Below, piece by piece: positions 47,523 through 57,154 of a stretch of 64,000 bases of DNA; positions within the stretch are counted from its first letter, which is position 1; each line of letters opens with the position of its first letter. The stretch covers positions 24,300 to 88,299 of the forward strand of contig JANWWI010000004.1 of NCBI GenBank assembly GCA_025056355.1, read 5' to 3'. The position numbers and the translations under genes are program-made. The notes under the pieces are model-generated. The model was not told the DNA's origin and searched no databases. It was given only the letters and a program-made list of their open reading frames with translations. The stretch is from Casimicrobiaceae bacterium. Its GTDB lineage: Bacteria; Pseudomonadota; Gammaproteobacteria; Burkholderiales; Casimicrobiaceae.

Positions 47523-47612
47523 ACCTGTCCCAGATCCGAGACCGGCGGCCCGAGCGTGGTTTGCGGTTGAGCCGCGGCGCCCGATTTTTTCCGTAAGCAA
47601 GGAGTTTCTGGC

Positions 47613-48218
47613 ATGAGTGCCCCCTTTAGTCTTCCCCCGTTGCCGTACGCCGACAACGCCCTCGAGCCGGTCATCTCGGCCAATACGATCGGCTATCACT
47701 ACGGCAAGCACCACAAGACCTACGTCGACAACCTCAACAAACTGGTTGAAGGCAAGGACCTCGCGCAGCTGTCGCTCGAAGAGGTCATTCGGGCCTCGGC
47801 CGGCAAGCCGGACTTGGCGGGCGTGTTCAACAACGCCGCACAGGTCTGGAACCACACCTTCTATTGGAACAGCCTCAAGCCGGGCGGTGGCGGCAAACCG
47901 AGCGGCACCCTCGCGTCGATGATCGAGGCTTCCTTCGGCGACTATGAGACCTTCCGTAAGGAATTCGCCAACGCGGCCGTGACGCAGTTTGGCTCGGGTT
48001 GGGCTTGGCTCGTCGAGGATGGCGGCCGCCTTGCGATCATGAAGACCGGCAACGCCGATCTGCCGCTCGTGCACGGCAAACGCGCGCTGCTGACGATCGA
48101 TGTCTGGGAGCACGCCTACTACCTGGACTATCAGAACTTGCGTGCGAAGTACGTCGAGACGCTGATCGATCGACTGCTCAACTGGGACTTCGCGGAGAGA
48201 AACCTCCCTTCTGCCTGA
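47613..48218 (+). CDS. sodB: Fe superoxide dismutase
   Basis: 'HYGKHH', Fe-type '[10 protein letters not shown]', 'FGSGWAW', 'DVWEHAYY'. Confidence 0.95.
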   Translation: MSAPFSLPPLPYADNALEPVISANTIGYHYGKHHKTYVDNLNKLVEGKDLAQLSLEEVIRASAGKPDLAGVFNNAAQVWNHTFYWNSLKPGGGGKPSGTLASMIEASFGDYETFRKEFANAAVTQFGSGWAWLVEDGGRLAIMKTGNADLPLVHGKRALLTIDVWEHAYYLDYQNLRAKYVETLIDRLLNWDFAERNLPSA

Positions 48219-48250
48219 GTCGCTTCGCGAGCGCTCCTCCGACACAAGCG

Positions 48251-48991
48251 ATGGGGGCGGTTCAAGCGCAGCCGCGCATCTGGGCGCGAAACCTGAGCCA
48301 CTGTTTTGACGATGGCACGCGAATCACCTGTTCGGATTTCGCGCTAGAGGCAGGGCAGGTTGGCTTCGTGCGCGGTCCAAGCGGCAGCGGCAAGTCGACC
48401 CTGATTCACCTCCTGGCTGGCGTACTCACGCCAGCCACGGCAAACCCCCCCGGCGGCTCAGCCGCCGAACTCAAGCTCGCCACCGTCGATCTGCTGAAGG
48501 CCTCGCGGCGTTGCAGACGGCGGCTTCGGCCGCTTCCAGTTGGCTGGTTGCCGCAGCGACCCGTGTTGCAGGGGCAGCTGAGCGTGCTCGACAACGTTCT
48601 GCTGCCAAGCCTTTTTGCGCCCTCGGATCGGCGGACAGGTTCGCTTGTGCCACGAGCAAAGGCGCTCCTCGAAGCGCTTGGGCTCGGGGCCGACGCGGCG
48701 CGGCGGGCCTCGGCGCTTTCGGTGGGACAGGCCGCGCGCGTTTGCCTCGCGCGGGCGCTCGTGCTTGAGCCGCCTGTGCTCCTGCTCGATGAACCGACCG
48801 CGGCGCTTGATGCGCAAAGCGCAGAGGCTGCGCGTCGACTGGTTGAGGCCGAGCTTGAGCGCGGGGCCACGGTGCTGGTTGCTGCACACGAAACCTCCTG
48901 GCAGGCCTCGTGGCAGGATCGCGCGCCGGTGCTGATCGAGGCCCGTGCCGAACGCAGCCACAGGCGACTTGATCCTCTCGCCGCACGATGA
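48251..48991 (+). CDS. ABC transporter ATP-binding protein
   Basis: Walker A 'GPSGSGKS', signature 'LSVGQ', Walker B 'LLLDEPT'. Confidence 0.9.
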   Translation: MGAVQAQPRIWARNLSHCFDDGTRITCSDFALEAGQVGFVRGPSGSGKSTLIHLLAGVLTPATANPPGGSAAELKLATVDLLKASRRCRRRLRPLPVGWLPQRPVLQGQLSVLDNVLLPSLFAPSDRRTGSLVPRAKALLEALGLGADAARRASALSVGQAARVCLARALVLEPPVLLLDEPTAALDAQSAEAARRLVEAELERGATVLVAAHETSWQASWQDRAPVLIEARAERSHRRLDPLAAR

Positions 48992-50172
48992 TGGAGCGCG
49001 TCGCACTCGGGCTGCGGTTGCTCGGCACGTTCTTGCGCGAACGTCCGAGCCAATTCGCGCTCTCGGTCGTGCTGGCGGCCTTCGGGATCCTTTGCGCAAC
49101 GGCGATCCTGTGGTTGCGCGACACAATCGAGACCCACGCGGCGCGCCAAGCCGAGGGCATCGACCTTGTCGTGGGCGCCAAGGGATCGGCGCTGCAAAAC
49201 GTCCTTGCGGCCATCTATCACGTCGATGTGCCAAGCGGCAATATCCCCCTGGCCGAAGTCGAGGCGATCGCGGCGCGACCCGATGTGGCCTACGCGATCC
49301 CGATTGCGCTGGGCGACTCGGTGGCCGGCGCTCGTATCGTTGGCACCACAGCGGCGTTTCTTGATCTCTACGGCGCGCGTGCGGAGCGCGGAACGCGAGA
49401 GCTCGCCCCGATGAACGCCCTGTTGGGCGCCCAAGTTGCGCGCCGCACAGGGCTTTCGGTCGGGGATCGATTCATCGGCGTCCATGGCCTTTCCGGCGCC
49501 GGCGAAGCACACGATGAGCACCCCTATACCGTCACGGGTATCCTCGCGCCGACGGGACGCGTCGTCGACCAGCTGGTCCTGACCGCCCTCGAAAGCGTCT
49601 GGATCGTGCACGAGGGCCACACCGCCGCCACAGAACCCGAGGTGAGCTTTGCGCTCATTGGGGCACGCGGTCCTGCGGCGATGACGACCTTGCCGCGGGC
49701 GCTCAATGCGCGTCCCAACCTCCAAGCGGCGGTGCCCGCGCTTGAGGCCGCGCGCCTGCTCACGGCCTTTGCCTGGGTGGTCGCGCTCGTGCAGTTTTTT
49801 GCCCTGGTCATGCTTGCCGCGGCGCTTGCGAGCCTCGTCGGAGCCCTGATGCAGGCCGTGACACGGCGAGAGCCCGATCTTGCGATGCTGCAGGCGGTCG
49901 GCGCGCGTCCCTGGCAGCTCTCGTTGCTGCTGAGTCTCGAGACGCTGGCCCTTGTGGTCTTTGCTGCACTGCTTGCCGCGCTGACCCTGGCCGCTTTGCC
50001 CGCGGTTGCCGATCGCGTGGCCGGCACGGGTTTGCCGTGGTCGGCCGTCGACGGTATAAGCTGGTTTGTGCTCGTGGTCGCGCTCACGCTTCTGGCCGCG
50101 CTCGTGGCGACGCTTCCCGCCCTGCGGCGAGCGCTTCGTGTCGATGTCGTCGAACAGTTGGTGCGACGGTAA
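48988..50172 (+). CDS. MacB/FtsX-type ABC permease with His-containing periplasmic loop
   Basis: 'GIDLVVGAKGS', 'IPIALGDS', 'HGL...AHDEHPY', 'GRVVDQLV'. Confidence 0.88.
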   Translation: MMERVALGLRLLGTFLRERPSQFALSVVLAAFGILCATAILWLRDTIETHAARQAEGIDLVVGAKGSALQNVLAAIYHVDVPSGNIPLAEVEAIAARPDVAYAIPIALGDSVAGARIVGTTAAFLDLYGARAERGTRELAPMNALLGAQVARRTGLSVGDRFIGVHGLSGAGEAHDEHPYTVTGILAPTGRVVDQLVLTALESVWIVHEGHTAATEPEVSFALIGARGPAAMTTLPRALNARPNLQAAVPALEAARLLTAFAWVVALVQFFALVMLAAALASLVGALMQAVTRREPDLAMLQAVGARPWQLSLLLSLETLALVVFAALLAALTLAALPAVADRVAGTGLPWSAVDGISWFVLVVALTLLAALVATLPALRRALRVDVVEQLVRR

Positions 50173-50189
50173 CAACAAGGGTTCGTGGG

Positions 50190-50729
50190 ATGATGCGCGC
50201 GACGATGGATCGAAGGGTCCCGCGAAAGGGACGGCGTCTTTGCGTGGCGCTTTTGGTGGCTGGTCTTCTCACGCCGTGGCTCAGTGAGGCTGTCACCTCC
50301 GTTCCACCCTCAGGGGTACATCCCCCCCCGGGCGGCCTTCTGCAGCCGTATCAATTTCTGCCCGAACGACCGGGCTTTGTCTCCTGGAAACTGCTCGCGC
50401 AAGTGGGGTTACTTCGCCAGAACAATCGCCTCGTGCCGCAGTTTTCCCCGGAGGTCTTGCAACTGGACGGGAAAAGCATTCGCCTGCAAGGCTTCATGAT
50501 GCCGCTTGACATCGGTGACCGGCAGCGGCGTTTTTTGCTCACGGCAGCTCCGCCGCATTGTGCATTTTGTTTGCCGGCCGGGCCCGAATCGATGGTTGAG
50601 GTCCGGGCCAAAGACCCCGTGCGCTACACGATCGATCTGGTCGCGATTTCCGGACGGCTGCAAGTGCTGCGCGAGGATCCCGCGGGGCTCTACTATCGGC
50701 TTGTCGATGCCGAGGCGATCCGGCCCTAG
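50190..50729 (+). CDS. DUF3299 family protein
   Basis: 'LDGKSIRLQGFMMPL', 'FLL...PHCAFCLP', 'VEV'. Confidence 0.85.
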   Translation: MMRATMDRRVPRKGRRLCVALLVAGLLTPWLSEAVTSVPPSGVHPPPGGLLQPYQFLPERPGFVSWKLLAQVGLLRQNNRLVPQFSPEVLQLDGKSIRLQGFMMPLDIGDRQRRFLLTAAPPHCAFCLPAGPESMVEVRAKDPVRYTIDLVAISGRLQVLREDPAGLYYRLVDAEAIRP

Positions 50730-50933
50730 GCTTTGGCCGTCCAGGCAGCCTCAGGCTCGCATCGAGGCGTCCGAACCCAACGCCGGCAAAGCGGTCACGA
50801 CACTGTAAGGCTCAGCCTCTTTGAGAGAAGCCGTTCGAAGGCTTTTTGCGGTATCTTCAAGCTCACGGTTTTGATCACGACGTGTTCGGTCCGACCCGAT
50901 CCGCCGCGAGCGTACTTTCTGTTCAAAGCGTCC

Positions 50934-52193
50934 ATGGCCCTCAAGTTTTTCCCGCGAGATGCGAGCTCAGCGCCGCCTCAGTCTGGCTCTGGCGCGGGCA
51001 AAGAGCCACGCATTGAGCACCGGGATGCCCTTGGCCGCCCGAAGCCGGTCGACAGCGGGGCGGTGCCGGATCGCGGCACCACGCAAGGGGGCGCGCTATC
51101 GGCGGACTTGTGGGCGATTCCGGAGGGCCTGATCGAAGTCGTTGAGCCGCCAGTTGCCAGCCCTTCACTCGAAAACGCGGCGCTCATGTTTGCGCACGGC
51201 AACGCTGCTGCAGCGCTTGCCGCGCTGCGCCACGCGATCGAGGGCGAAGATCGTAAACAACCCTTCGTCTGGCTTTGCCTGTTCGATCTGCTCGCACGGG
51301 CCGGTGACCGGGCGGCGTTCGATGAACTTGCGTTGCGCTATGTCGTGGAGTTTGAGCGCTCGGCGCCGGCGTGGGACGATCTGGCGACCGTCTCGGACGG
51401 CTCCGCGCCAGCCGCCGACCCGTCGGCCTCCCCCACCAAGGGAAAGATTCTGCTGCGCGGCGATCTGTGCGATCCCCGTGCGCCAAACATCGCCGCGCTG
51501 ACCGAACTGTCGCGCAAGAAACCGGAGGCGCTCAGGGGCCGCATCGCCATCGATGTTTCTGATTTGCGCTCGGCCGACGACGTCTGCGGGACGCTGGTGG
51601 CCGGCGCGCTTGCGGCGCTGCGACGCAAGGGGGCCGTGATCGCGTTTCGTGGCCTCTCGCCCCTTGTCAATCGCTTGAGCGCCGCGCTCGAGACGAACAA
51701 GGCCTCGATTGCGCGCGGGCAATGGTATTTGACGCTCGAGCTCATGCAATGGGCCGATCGCGAGGGGCCGTTCGAGGACCTCGCGGTCGAATTCGCCGTG
51801 CAGTTTGGCTTGTCGCCGCCGTCTTGGGAGCCGCTCACGCCCGCGCAGCGGGCGGCGCTGTCGGCCGCAAGCGAAGCAACCCCCGCTCAATCGCCGCCAG
51901 AGACCCCATCCGGCGATCTCGTGCGCTGGCAAGGCGAACTGCGCGGCGCGCATGACCCGCGCTTGCGCAGCCTCGACCCCGAGCGCATCGAGGGCAACGC
52001 GTTGTCGATCGACATGTCGCGCGTGATCCGGATCGACTTTATCTGCGCGGGTGAACTTGCCAACGCGATTGTGCGCGTGATGGCTCGGTCGGTCGAGGTT
52101 CGTTTGGTCAACGCCTCGCCAATCATTCAAGCGCTTCTGCAACTAACCGGCGTGCCGTCGCACCTCTTTGTGCGGGTCGCAACGCGGCGCTAA
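50934..52193 (+). CDS. STAS-domain-containing protein with N-terminal helical (TPR-like) region
   Basis: 'WLCLFDL...F..LA..Y...FERSAP'; STAS-like 'IDVSDL..ADDVCG.L' and 'IDMSRV.RIDFICAG.L'. Confidence 0.75.
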   Translation: MALKFFPRDASSAPPQSGSGAGKEPRIEHRDALGRPKPVDSGAVPDRGTTQGGALSADLWAIPEGLIEVVEPPVASPSLENAALMFAHGNAAAALAALRHAIEGEDRKQPFVWLCLFDLLARAGDRAAFDELALRYVVEFERSAPAWDDLATVSDGSAPAADPSASPTKGKILLRGDLCDPRAPNIAALTELSRKKPEALRGRIAIDVSDLRSADDVCGTLVAGALAALRRKGAVIAFRGLSPLVNRLSAALETNKASIARGQWYLTLELMQWADREGPFEDLAVEFAVQFGLSPPSWEPLTPAQRAALSAASEATPAQSPPETPSGDLVRWQGELRGAHDPRLRSLDPERIEGNALSIDMSRVIRIDFICAGELANAIVRVMARSVEVRLVNASPIIQALLQLTGVPSHLFVRVATRR

Positions 52194-52202
52194 GGCCTAG
52201 CC

Positions 52203-52742
52203 ATGAGCCACTTTCACGGCACCACCATCGTGAGCGTGCGCCGCGGCGCGACCGTGGCGCTTGGTGGCGACGGACAAGTGACGCTGGGGACGCAGATCGT
52301 CAAGGCCACTGCGCGCAAGGTCCGGCGGCTCTATCACGATCGAGTGCTCGCGGGATTTGCTGGCGCCACGGCCGACGCCTTCACGCTGTTTGAGCGCTTT
52401 GAAGCCAAGCTCGAAAAACACCAGGGCCATTTGACGCGAGCCGCCGTCGAACTTGCAAAGGATTGGCGGCAAGACCGGATCTTGCGTCGGCTTGAAGCCT
52501 TGCTCGCGGTCGCAGACCGTCAGACATCGCTCGTGATCACGGGGCAGGGGGATGTGCTTGAGCCCGAGCACGGAATCCTGGCCATCGGCTCAGGCGGCGG
52601 CTATGCGCTTGCGGCCGCGCGCGCGCTCTATGCACACACCTCGCTGACCGCGCGGGAAATCGTTGCCGAAGCCCTCAAAGTCGCCGGCGAGATTTGCATC
52701 TACACGAATCAAGAGCACACGATCGAGGAGCTCTCGGAGTGA
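52203..52742 (+). CDS. hslV: ATP-dependent protease peptidase subunit HslV
   Basis: '[11 protein letters not shown]', 'GDGQVT', 'GFAGATAD', 'IGSGG', 'ICIYTN'. Confidence 0.96.
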   Translation: MSHFHGTTIVSVRRGATVALGGDGQVTLGTQIVKATARKVRRLYHDRVLAGFAGATADAFTLFERFEAKLEKHQGHLTRAAVELAKDWRQDRILRRLEALLAVADRQTSLVITGQGDVLEPEHGILAIGSGGGYALAAARALYAHTSLTAREIVAEALKVAGEICIYTNQEHTIEELSE

Positions 52743-53977
52743 GCCGAGGCGCCTGCGCCGAGGTCTTGGTCATCGGAGGCGGCCCGGTGGGCTGGGCCTT
52801 TGCCCTGGCCACCTGCGAGGCGCTTGGCTCCGGCGCAGACGTCCTTCTGATCGATGCGCTCGATCCGGCTGCCGCGGTCGGCGAAGCAGAAGCCCCTTCG
52901 GTTCCGATGGCGACGCGGGTTGTCCTGCTCGCCGAGGGCAATCGGCGATGGCTTGCCTCTTGTGGCGTTTCCTTCCCCCCGGGGCGCGTCTGCGAGGTGA
53001 ATCGGATCGAGGTGGCCACGACGGCGGGTGCGCCCGATCTCATCATTGAAGCCCGCGACGCGGGGGCCGAGCGGCTCGGGGTCGTGCTCGAGCATGAACA
53101 GCTGCGGCGGGCGCTGGCCGTGCGCGCGAGACAACTCGGCGTGCAGTTTCGAGCAGGGATCGCGCGTGCCGTCTCGCCGGTGCACGGCGAAGCGCGCTGG
53201 GTCGAGCTCGAATCGGGGGAAGTGTTCGAAGCAAAGCTCGTCGTCCTGGCCGAGGGTCGCGTGGCCCGATTGGCCGAGCCGCTCGGCATCGAGCGGCTCG
53301 TGCGCGAGTACGGACAACTCGGCCTGGTCGCCCACTTTCGGCTTGCTCGTCGTGAGCCGGGTATCGCACGCCAGTGGTTTTTGCCCGACGGTTCGATCCT
53401 TGCGCTTTTGCCGCTTGCCGATCCGGGCTCGCTGCGAGCCGATTCCGGCAATGATTGCGTCTCGATGGTGTACTCCTGTGGAGGCGAGACGGCGCAGCGG
53501 CTCATCGCGCTCGCCCCCGAGGCGCTGGTTGAGGAAATCCGCTGCCTTGCCGGGGGGCGGATCGATTTGACCGAGTGCCTCACCGCCGCCGAGGCCTTTC
53601 CGCTCGGTCTGACGCGGGTTGCCGATCCGGTCGCAGAGCGCCTCATGCTCGCGGGCGATGCCGCGCATACCGTGCATCCGCTCGCAGGACAAGGCGTAAA
53701 CCTCGGACTTGCCGATGCGCGGGTGTGGCAGGCGCTCATTCGCGAGTGCGAGCGCACCGGCGGTGATCTGGGACATCGCTTGCTTTTGTCGGCGTACCGG
53801 CGACGCCGACAGGCGGCGGTGCTCATGATGCAGGCGGTGATTGACGGGCTTTGGCGTCTCTACAATCGATCGCCGGCATGGCTTTCGGCTCTTTCGGGCC
53901 CCGCGATGCGGAGTCTGTCCTGCTCTTCCGCCTTCCGTCAATGCTTGGCGCGCGCAGCCGTTCAAACGGCGCTCTAG
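52739..53977 (+). CDS. UbiH/UbiF/VisC-family FAD-dependent hydroxylase
   Basis: 'VIGGGPVG', '[19 protein letters not shown]'. Confidence 0.88.
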   Translation: MSRGACAEVLVIGGGPVGWAFALATCEALGSGADVLLIDALDPAAAVGEAEAPSVPMATRVVLLAEGNRRWLASCGVSFPPGRVCEVNRIEVATTAGAPDLIIEARDAGAERLGVVLEHEQLRRALAVRARQLGVQFRAGIARAVSPVHGEARWVELESGEVFEAKLVVLAEGRVARLAEPLGIERLVREYGQLGLVAHFRLARREPGIARQWFLPDGSILALLPLADPGSLRADSGNDCVSMVYSCGGETAQRLIALAPEALVEEIRCLAGGRIDLTECLTAAEAFPLGLTRVADPVAERLMLAGDAAHTVHPLAGQGVNLGLADARVWQALIRECERTGGDLGHRLLLSAYRRRRQAAVLMMQAVIDGLWRLYNRSPAWLSALSGPAMRSLSCSSAFRQCLARAAVQTAL

Positions 53978-54006
53978 CCGACTGATCTTTTCTGAGGTTC
54001 TTCCCG

Positions 54007-54819
54007 ATGATTCGCACTGTGTTTCCCCTGTTGCTGATGGCCGCTTGCGTGGGGCTCATCGCTTCGGCTTGTGATGCCCAGTCCCCCGCGCGCTCGGCCG
54101 CCCAGCGCTCGGCCGCGACGAGCCCCGCTCAGCCTCCGGCCGCCGAGCTGGCATCGATCGAAAAAGCGCTCGCCGAGCGCTTTCGCGGCGCACCGATCAA
54201 GGGTCTGCGCGCCTCGGTCTTGCCCGGCCTCTACGAGGCGATGGTCGGCGATGATCTCATCTACTTCGACGCGAAAGTGAGTCACTTCATCGTTGGGACC
54301 TTGGTTGAGGCCGCCACGATGAAAAACCTCACCGAAGAGCGCGCGGCCGAGCTCCGCGCGATCGATGTCAAGCAGCTGCCCGTCAAGGATGCCATCAAAT
54401 TCGTGCGGGGCAAAGGCGAGCGCGTGCTCTATGTCTTCACCGATGTGGATTGCCCGTTCTGCACGCGACTTGAGCAGACCCTGCAGGAGATGGACAACAT
54501 CACCGTCTACAACTTCATGTTCCCGATCGACAGCCTGCATCCGGCAGCGCGATCCAAGCAGAAGGCGATCTGGTGCGCGAAAGATCCGCTAGCGGCCTGG
54601 CAGGATGCGGTGCTTCGGCGCAAGTTCGACCCGAACGCCAAGGGCGACTGCGACAACCCGGTCGATCGCACGGTGGAACTTGGCCAGCGGCTTGGGATTC
54701 GGGGCACGCCCACGTTCTTTCTCGCCGACGGACGCATGGTCTCGGGGGCGCTGCCGAGGGAGCGGCTCGAGGCGCTGCTCAACGCCGCGCAGGCGCGTGT
54801 GGCGGCTCAGCCCAAATAA
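54007..54819 (+). CDS. dsbC: Thiol:disulfide isomerase DsbC
   Basis: Signal peptide, dimerization domain 'GLYE', 'FTDVDCPFC', 'GIRGTP'. Confidence 0.9.
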   Translation: MIRTVFPLLLMAACVGLIASACDAQSPARSAAQRSAATSPAQPPAAELASIEKALAERFRGAPIKGLRASVLPGLYEAMVGDDLIYFDAKVSHFIVGTLVEAATMKNLTEERAAELRAIDVKQLPVKDAIKFVRGKGERVLYVFTDVDCPFCTRLEQTLQEMDNITVYNFMFPIDSLHPAARSKQKAIWCAKDPLAAWQDAVLRRKFDPNAKGDCDNPVDRTVELGQRLGIRGTPTFFLADGRMVSGALPRERLEALLNAAQARVAAQPK

Positions 54820-54881
54820 GCCGGATCCGCCCAGGCACACCAGCTGGCCGTTTTGCGTCTTTGCCAGCGAAGGAGACTGCC

Positions 54882-55970
54882 ATGCCGCTCATGGACTTTA
54901 TCCGCAAGGAGCTCATCGAGATCATCGAGTGGGTCGATGATTCGCGCGATACGCTTGCCTATCGCTGGCCGGATGAGGACAAAGAGATCAAAAACGGCGC
55001 GCAACTGATCGTGCGCGAAGGGCAGGTCGCGCAGTTTGTCTACCTTGGGCAGTTCGCCGACACCCTGGGCCCCGGCAAACACACGCTCAAGACCGACAAC
55101 ATCCCAGTGCTTTCGACGCTGCTTGGCTGGAAGTACGGCTTTGAAACACCCTTCAAAGCCGATGTCTACTACGTCACCACCCGCGTCTTTGCCGGCAACA
55201 AGTGGGGCACGGCCAATCCGATCATGCTGCGCGATCCGGACTTTGGCGTGGTGCGTGTGCGCGCCTATGGGCAGTATGACTTCAAGATCGTCAACCCGCC
55301 GCTTTTTTTGAAGGAAGTCGCAGGCACCGATCACCACTTTCGGCTCGACGAGTTCATCGACGTGATGCGCTCGAAGATCGTGACCGTCTTCAGCGAAGCC
55401 ATCGCCAGGGCACGCGTGCCGGTGCTTGAGATCGCGGGGCGCTACAGCGAGATCGGTCAGGCGCTTTTGCCCGGCATCAATCCGTTCACCACCGCCAAGT
55501 ACGGACTCGAGATCACCGCCTTCAACATCGAAAACGTCTCGCTGCCGCCGGAGGTCGAACAGGCCATCGACAAACGCGGCGCCATGACCACCATTGGCGA
55601 CATGGGTGAATACATCCGCTACAACCTCGGCAACGCGATTGCCGAAGGCAAAGCCGGCAGCATGGGCATGGGCGCGGAATTCGCAGCGGCCTTGGCGCTC
55701 GGTCAACAGATGCTCAATCAGCCGGGCGGCCCGGTCGGTGCCAATCCGAACGCGCCGCGCGGGATGGTGCCCGGGGTGATGGCAGCCGCACCCGCAACCG
55801 CCGCGGCCCCGGCGATCGAACTTCTGAGTCCGGCGCAAGTGGCCCAGCTGCTTGGGGTGGGCGAGTCCGATGTGATGGCCGAACTCGAGGCCGGAAATCT
55901 CAAGGGTCGCCGCATCGGCACGCAGTGGCGTGTGACGCGCGAGGCGGTGGACGCCTTTCTGCGCGGCTAG
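54882..55970 (+). CDS. SPFH-domain (YdjI-like) protein with C-terminal excisionase-like HTH
   Basis: 'QLIVREGQVA', 'WGTANPI..RD..FG..RVRAYG'; tail 'LLSPAQVAQLLGV......LEAGNLKGRRIGTQWRV'. Confidence 0.85.
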   Translation: MPLMDFIRKELIEIIEWVDDSRDTLAYRWPDEDKEIKNGAQLIVREGQVAQFVYLGQFADTLGPGKHTLKTDNIPVLSTLLGWKYGFETPFKADVYYVTTRVFAGNKWGTANPIMLRDPDFGVVRVRAYGQYDFKIVNPPLFLKEVAGTDHHFRLDEFIDVMRSKIVTVFSEAIARARVPVLEIAGRYSEIGQALLPGINPFTTAKYGLEITAFNIENVSLPPEVEQAIDKRGAMTTIGDMGEYIRYNLGNAIAEGKAGSMGMGAEFAAALALGQQMLNQPGGPVGANPNAPRGMVPGVMAAAPATAAAPAIELLSPAQVAQLLGVGESDVMAELEAGNLKGRRIGTQWRVTREAVDAFLRG

Positions 55971-55993
55971 CGCAGACGGGCCGCAGCGAGCTC

Positions 55994-57154
55994 ATGCCGC
56001 CGGCCACTGCCACACACGGCCCGAGCACGGCGCCTGAGCGGCAGGCGCGCAGCAAATTCAGTTGCGTGGCCTGCGGCGGCGAGGCGGTCTGGAACGCTGC
56101 GAAGCAGAAGCTGCTCTGCGCGTTCTGCGGAACCGAGGCCGCGTTGCCGTTGCACGGCGAGGCACCGGCAGGTCTGCAGACAAGCGACATCGTCGAGCAG
56201 GACCTGGCCGCGGCGCTGCGCAAATTGCAAGGCGAACATCGTGGCTGGGCGCGCCAGGCGCGCATGATCCAATGCCAACACTGCCGCGCCATCAGCGTAC
56301 TTGCCGCAGAAAAACAAGGCGAGCTCTGCGAGTTCTGCGGTGCCGCGGCCCTGCTCGATTACGAGGGCGACGACGCGGTCATTCGTCCCCAGGCGGTCTT
56401 GCCGGCGCAGCTGAGCGAGGCGCGAGCGCGGGAGATCATTCGAGCCTGGTTCGGCAAGCTCTGGTGGGCGCCTCAGGCGCTCAAGAAGCAAGCGCTCACC
56501 GACACGGCGCGTGGGGTTTATCTGCCCTACTGGACCTTCGATGCGCTGGTGGAGGCGCGCTGGCGGGCCGAGGCGGGCTACCGCGAAACAACGATGGAAA
56601 GCGTCTGGGAAAACGGGCAGCTCAAAACCCGCCCCGAGCAGCGCATCCGGTGGCAGCCGGCTTCAGGCCAAGTGCGGCATTTTTTTGATGACACGCTCGT
56701 GTGCGCCTCAAAGGGCGTACATGCAGCCCTTCTGCGTGCGATCGAGCCCTTTCCGACTACCGAGCGTGGCGCCGGCGCACTCAAGCCCTACGATCCGGCC
56801 TATGTGGCCGGCTGGACGGTGGAGCGCTACCAGATTGACTTGATTCAAGCCGCCAAGCTTGCCCGCGAGCGCATGCTTGAAGCCACGCGCGAGCTTTGTG
56901 CCCGGCAAGTTCCCGGCGATCTGTATCGCAACCTCGAAGTCGAGGCCGATTTTTCGCGTCAAAGCTTCAAGCACATTCTGGCCCCGGTGTGGCTCCTGAG
57001 CTACCTCTACCGCGGGCGCGCCTACCAAGCCGTCGTCAACGCGGTCACCGGAAAGATCGCCGGCGAATACCCCAAAAGTGCGCTCAAGATCACGCTTGCC
57101 GCGCTCAGCGCGCTCGGGCTCGTACTGCTTTTGCTTGTGATGCAGGGGCGATGA
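55994..57154 (+). CDS. Double zinc-ribbon membrane-anchored protein
   Basis: 'CVAC...CAFC', 'CQHC...CEFC', 'YLPYWTFD', 'VNAVTGKIAG', C-terminal TM. Confidence 0.82.
   Translation: MPPATATHGPSTAPERQARSKFSCVACGGEAVWNAAKQKLLCAFCGTEAALPLHGEAPAGLQTSDIVEQDLAAALRKLQGEHRGWARQARMIQCQHCRAISVLAAEKQGELCEFCGAAALLDYEGDDAVIRPQAVLPAQLSEARAREIIRAWFGKLWWAPQALKKQALTDTARGVYLPYWTFDALVEARWRAEAGYRETTMESVWENGQLKTRPEQRIRWQPASGQVRHFFDDTLVCASKGVHAALLRAIEPFPTTERGAGALKPYDPAYVAGWTVERYQIDLIQAAKLARERMLEATRELCARQVPGDLYRNLEVEADFSRQSFKHILAPVWLLSYLYRGRAYQAVVNAVTGKIAGEYPKSALKITLAALSALGLVLLLLVMQGR

Noticed and set aside
46899-50178. Long minus-strand ORFs (448 aa and 590 aa) opposite dksA/sodB/ABC genes
   Set aside because: Typical high-GC antisense shadows with no recognisable motifs; the opposite strand encodes clear conserved proteins.
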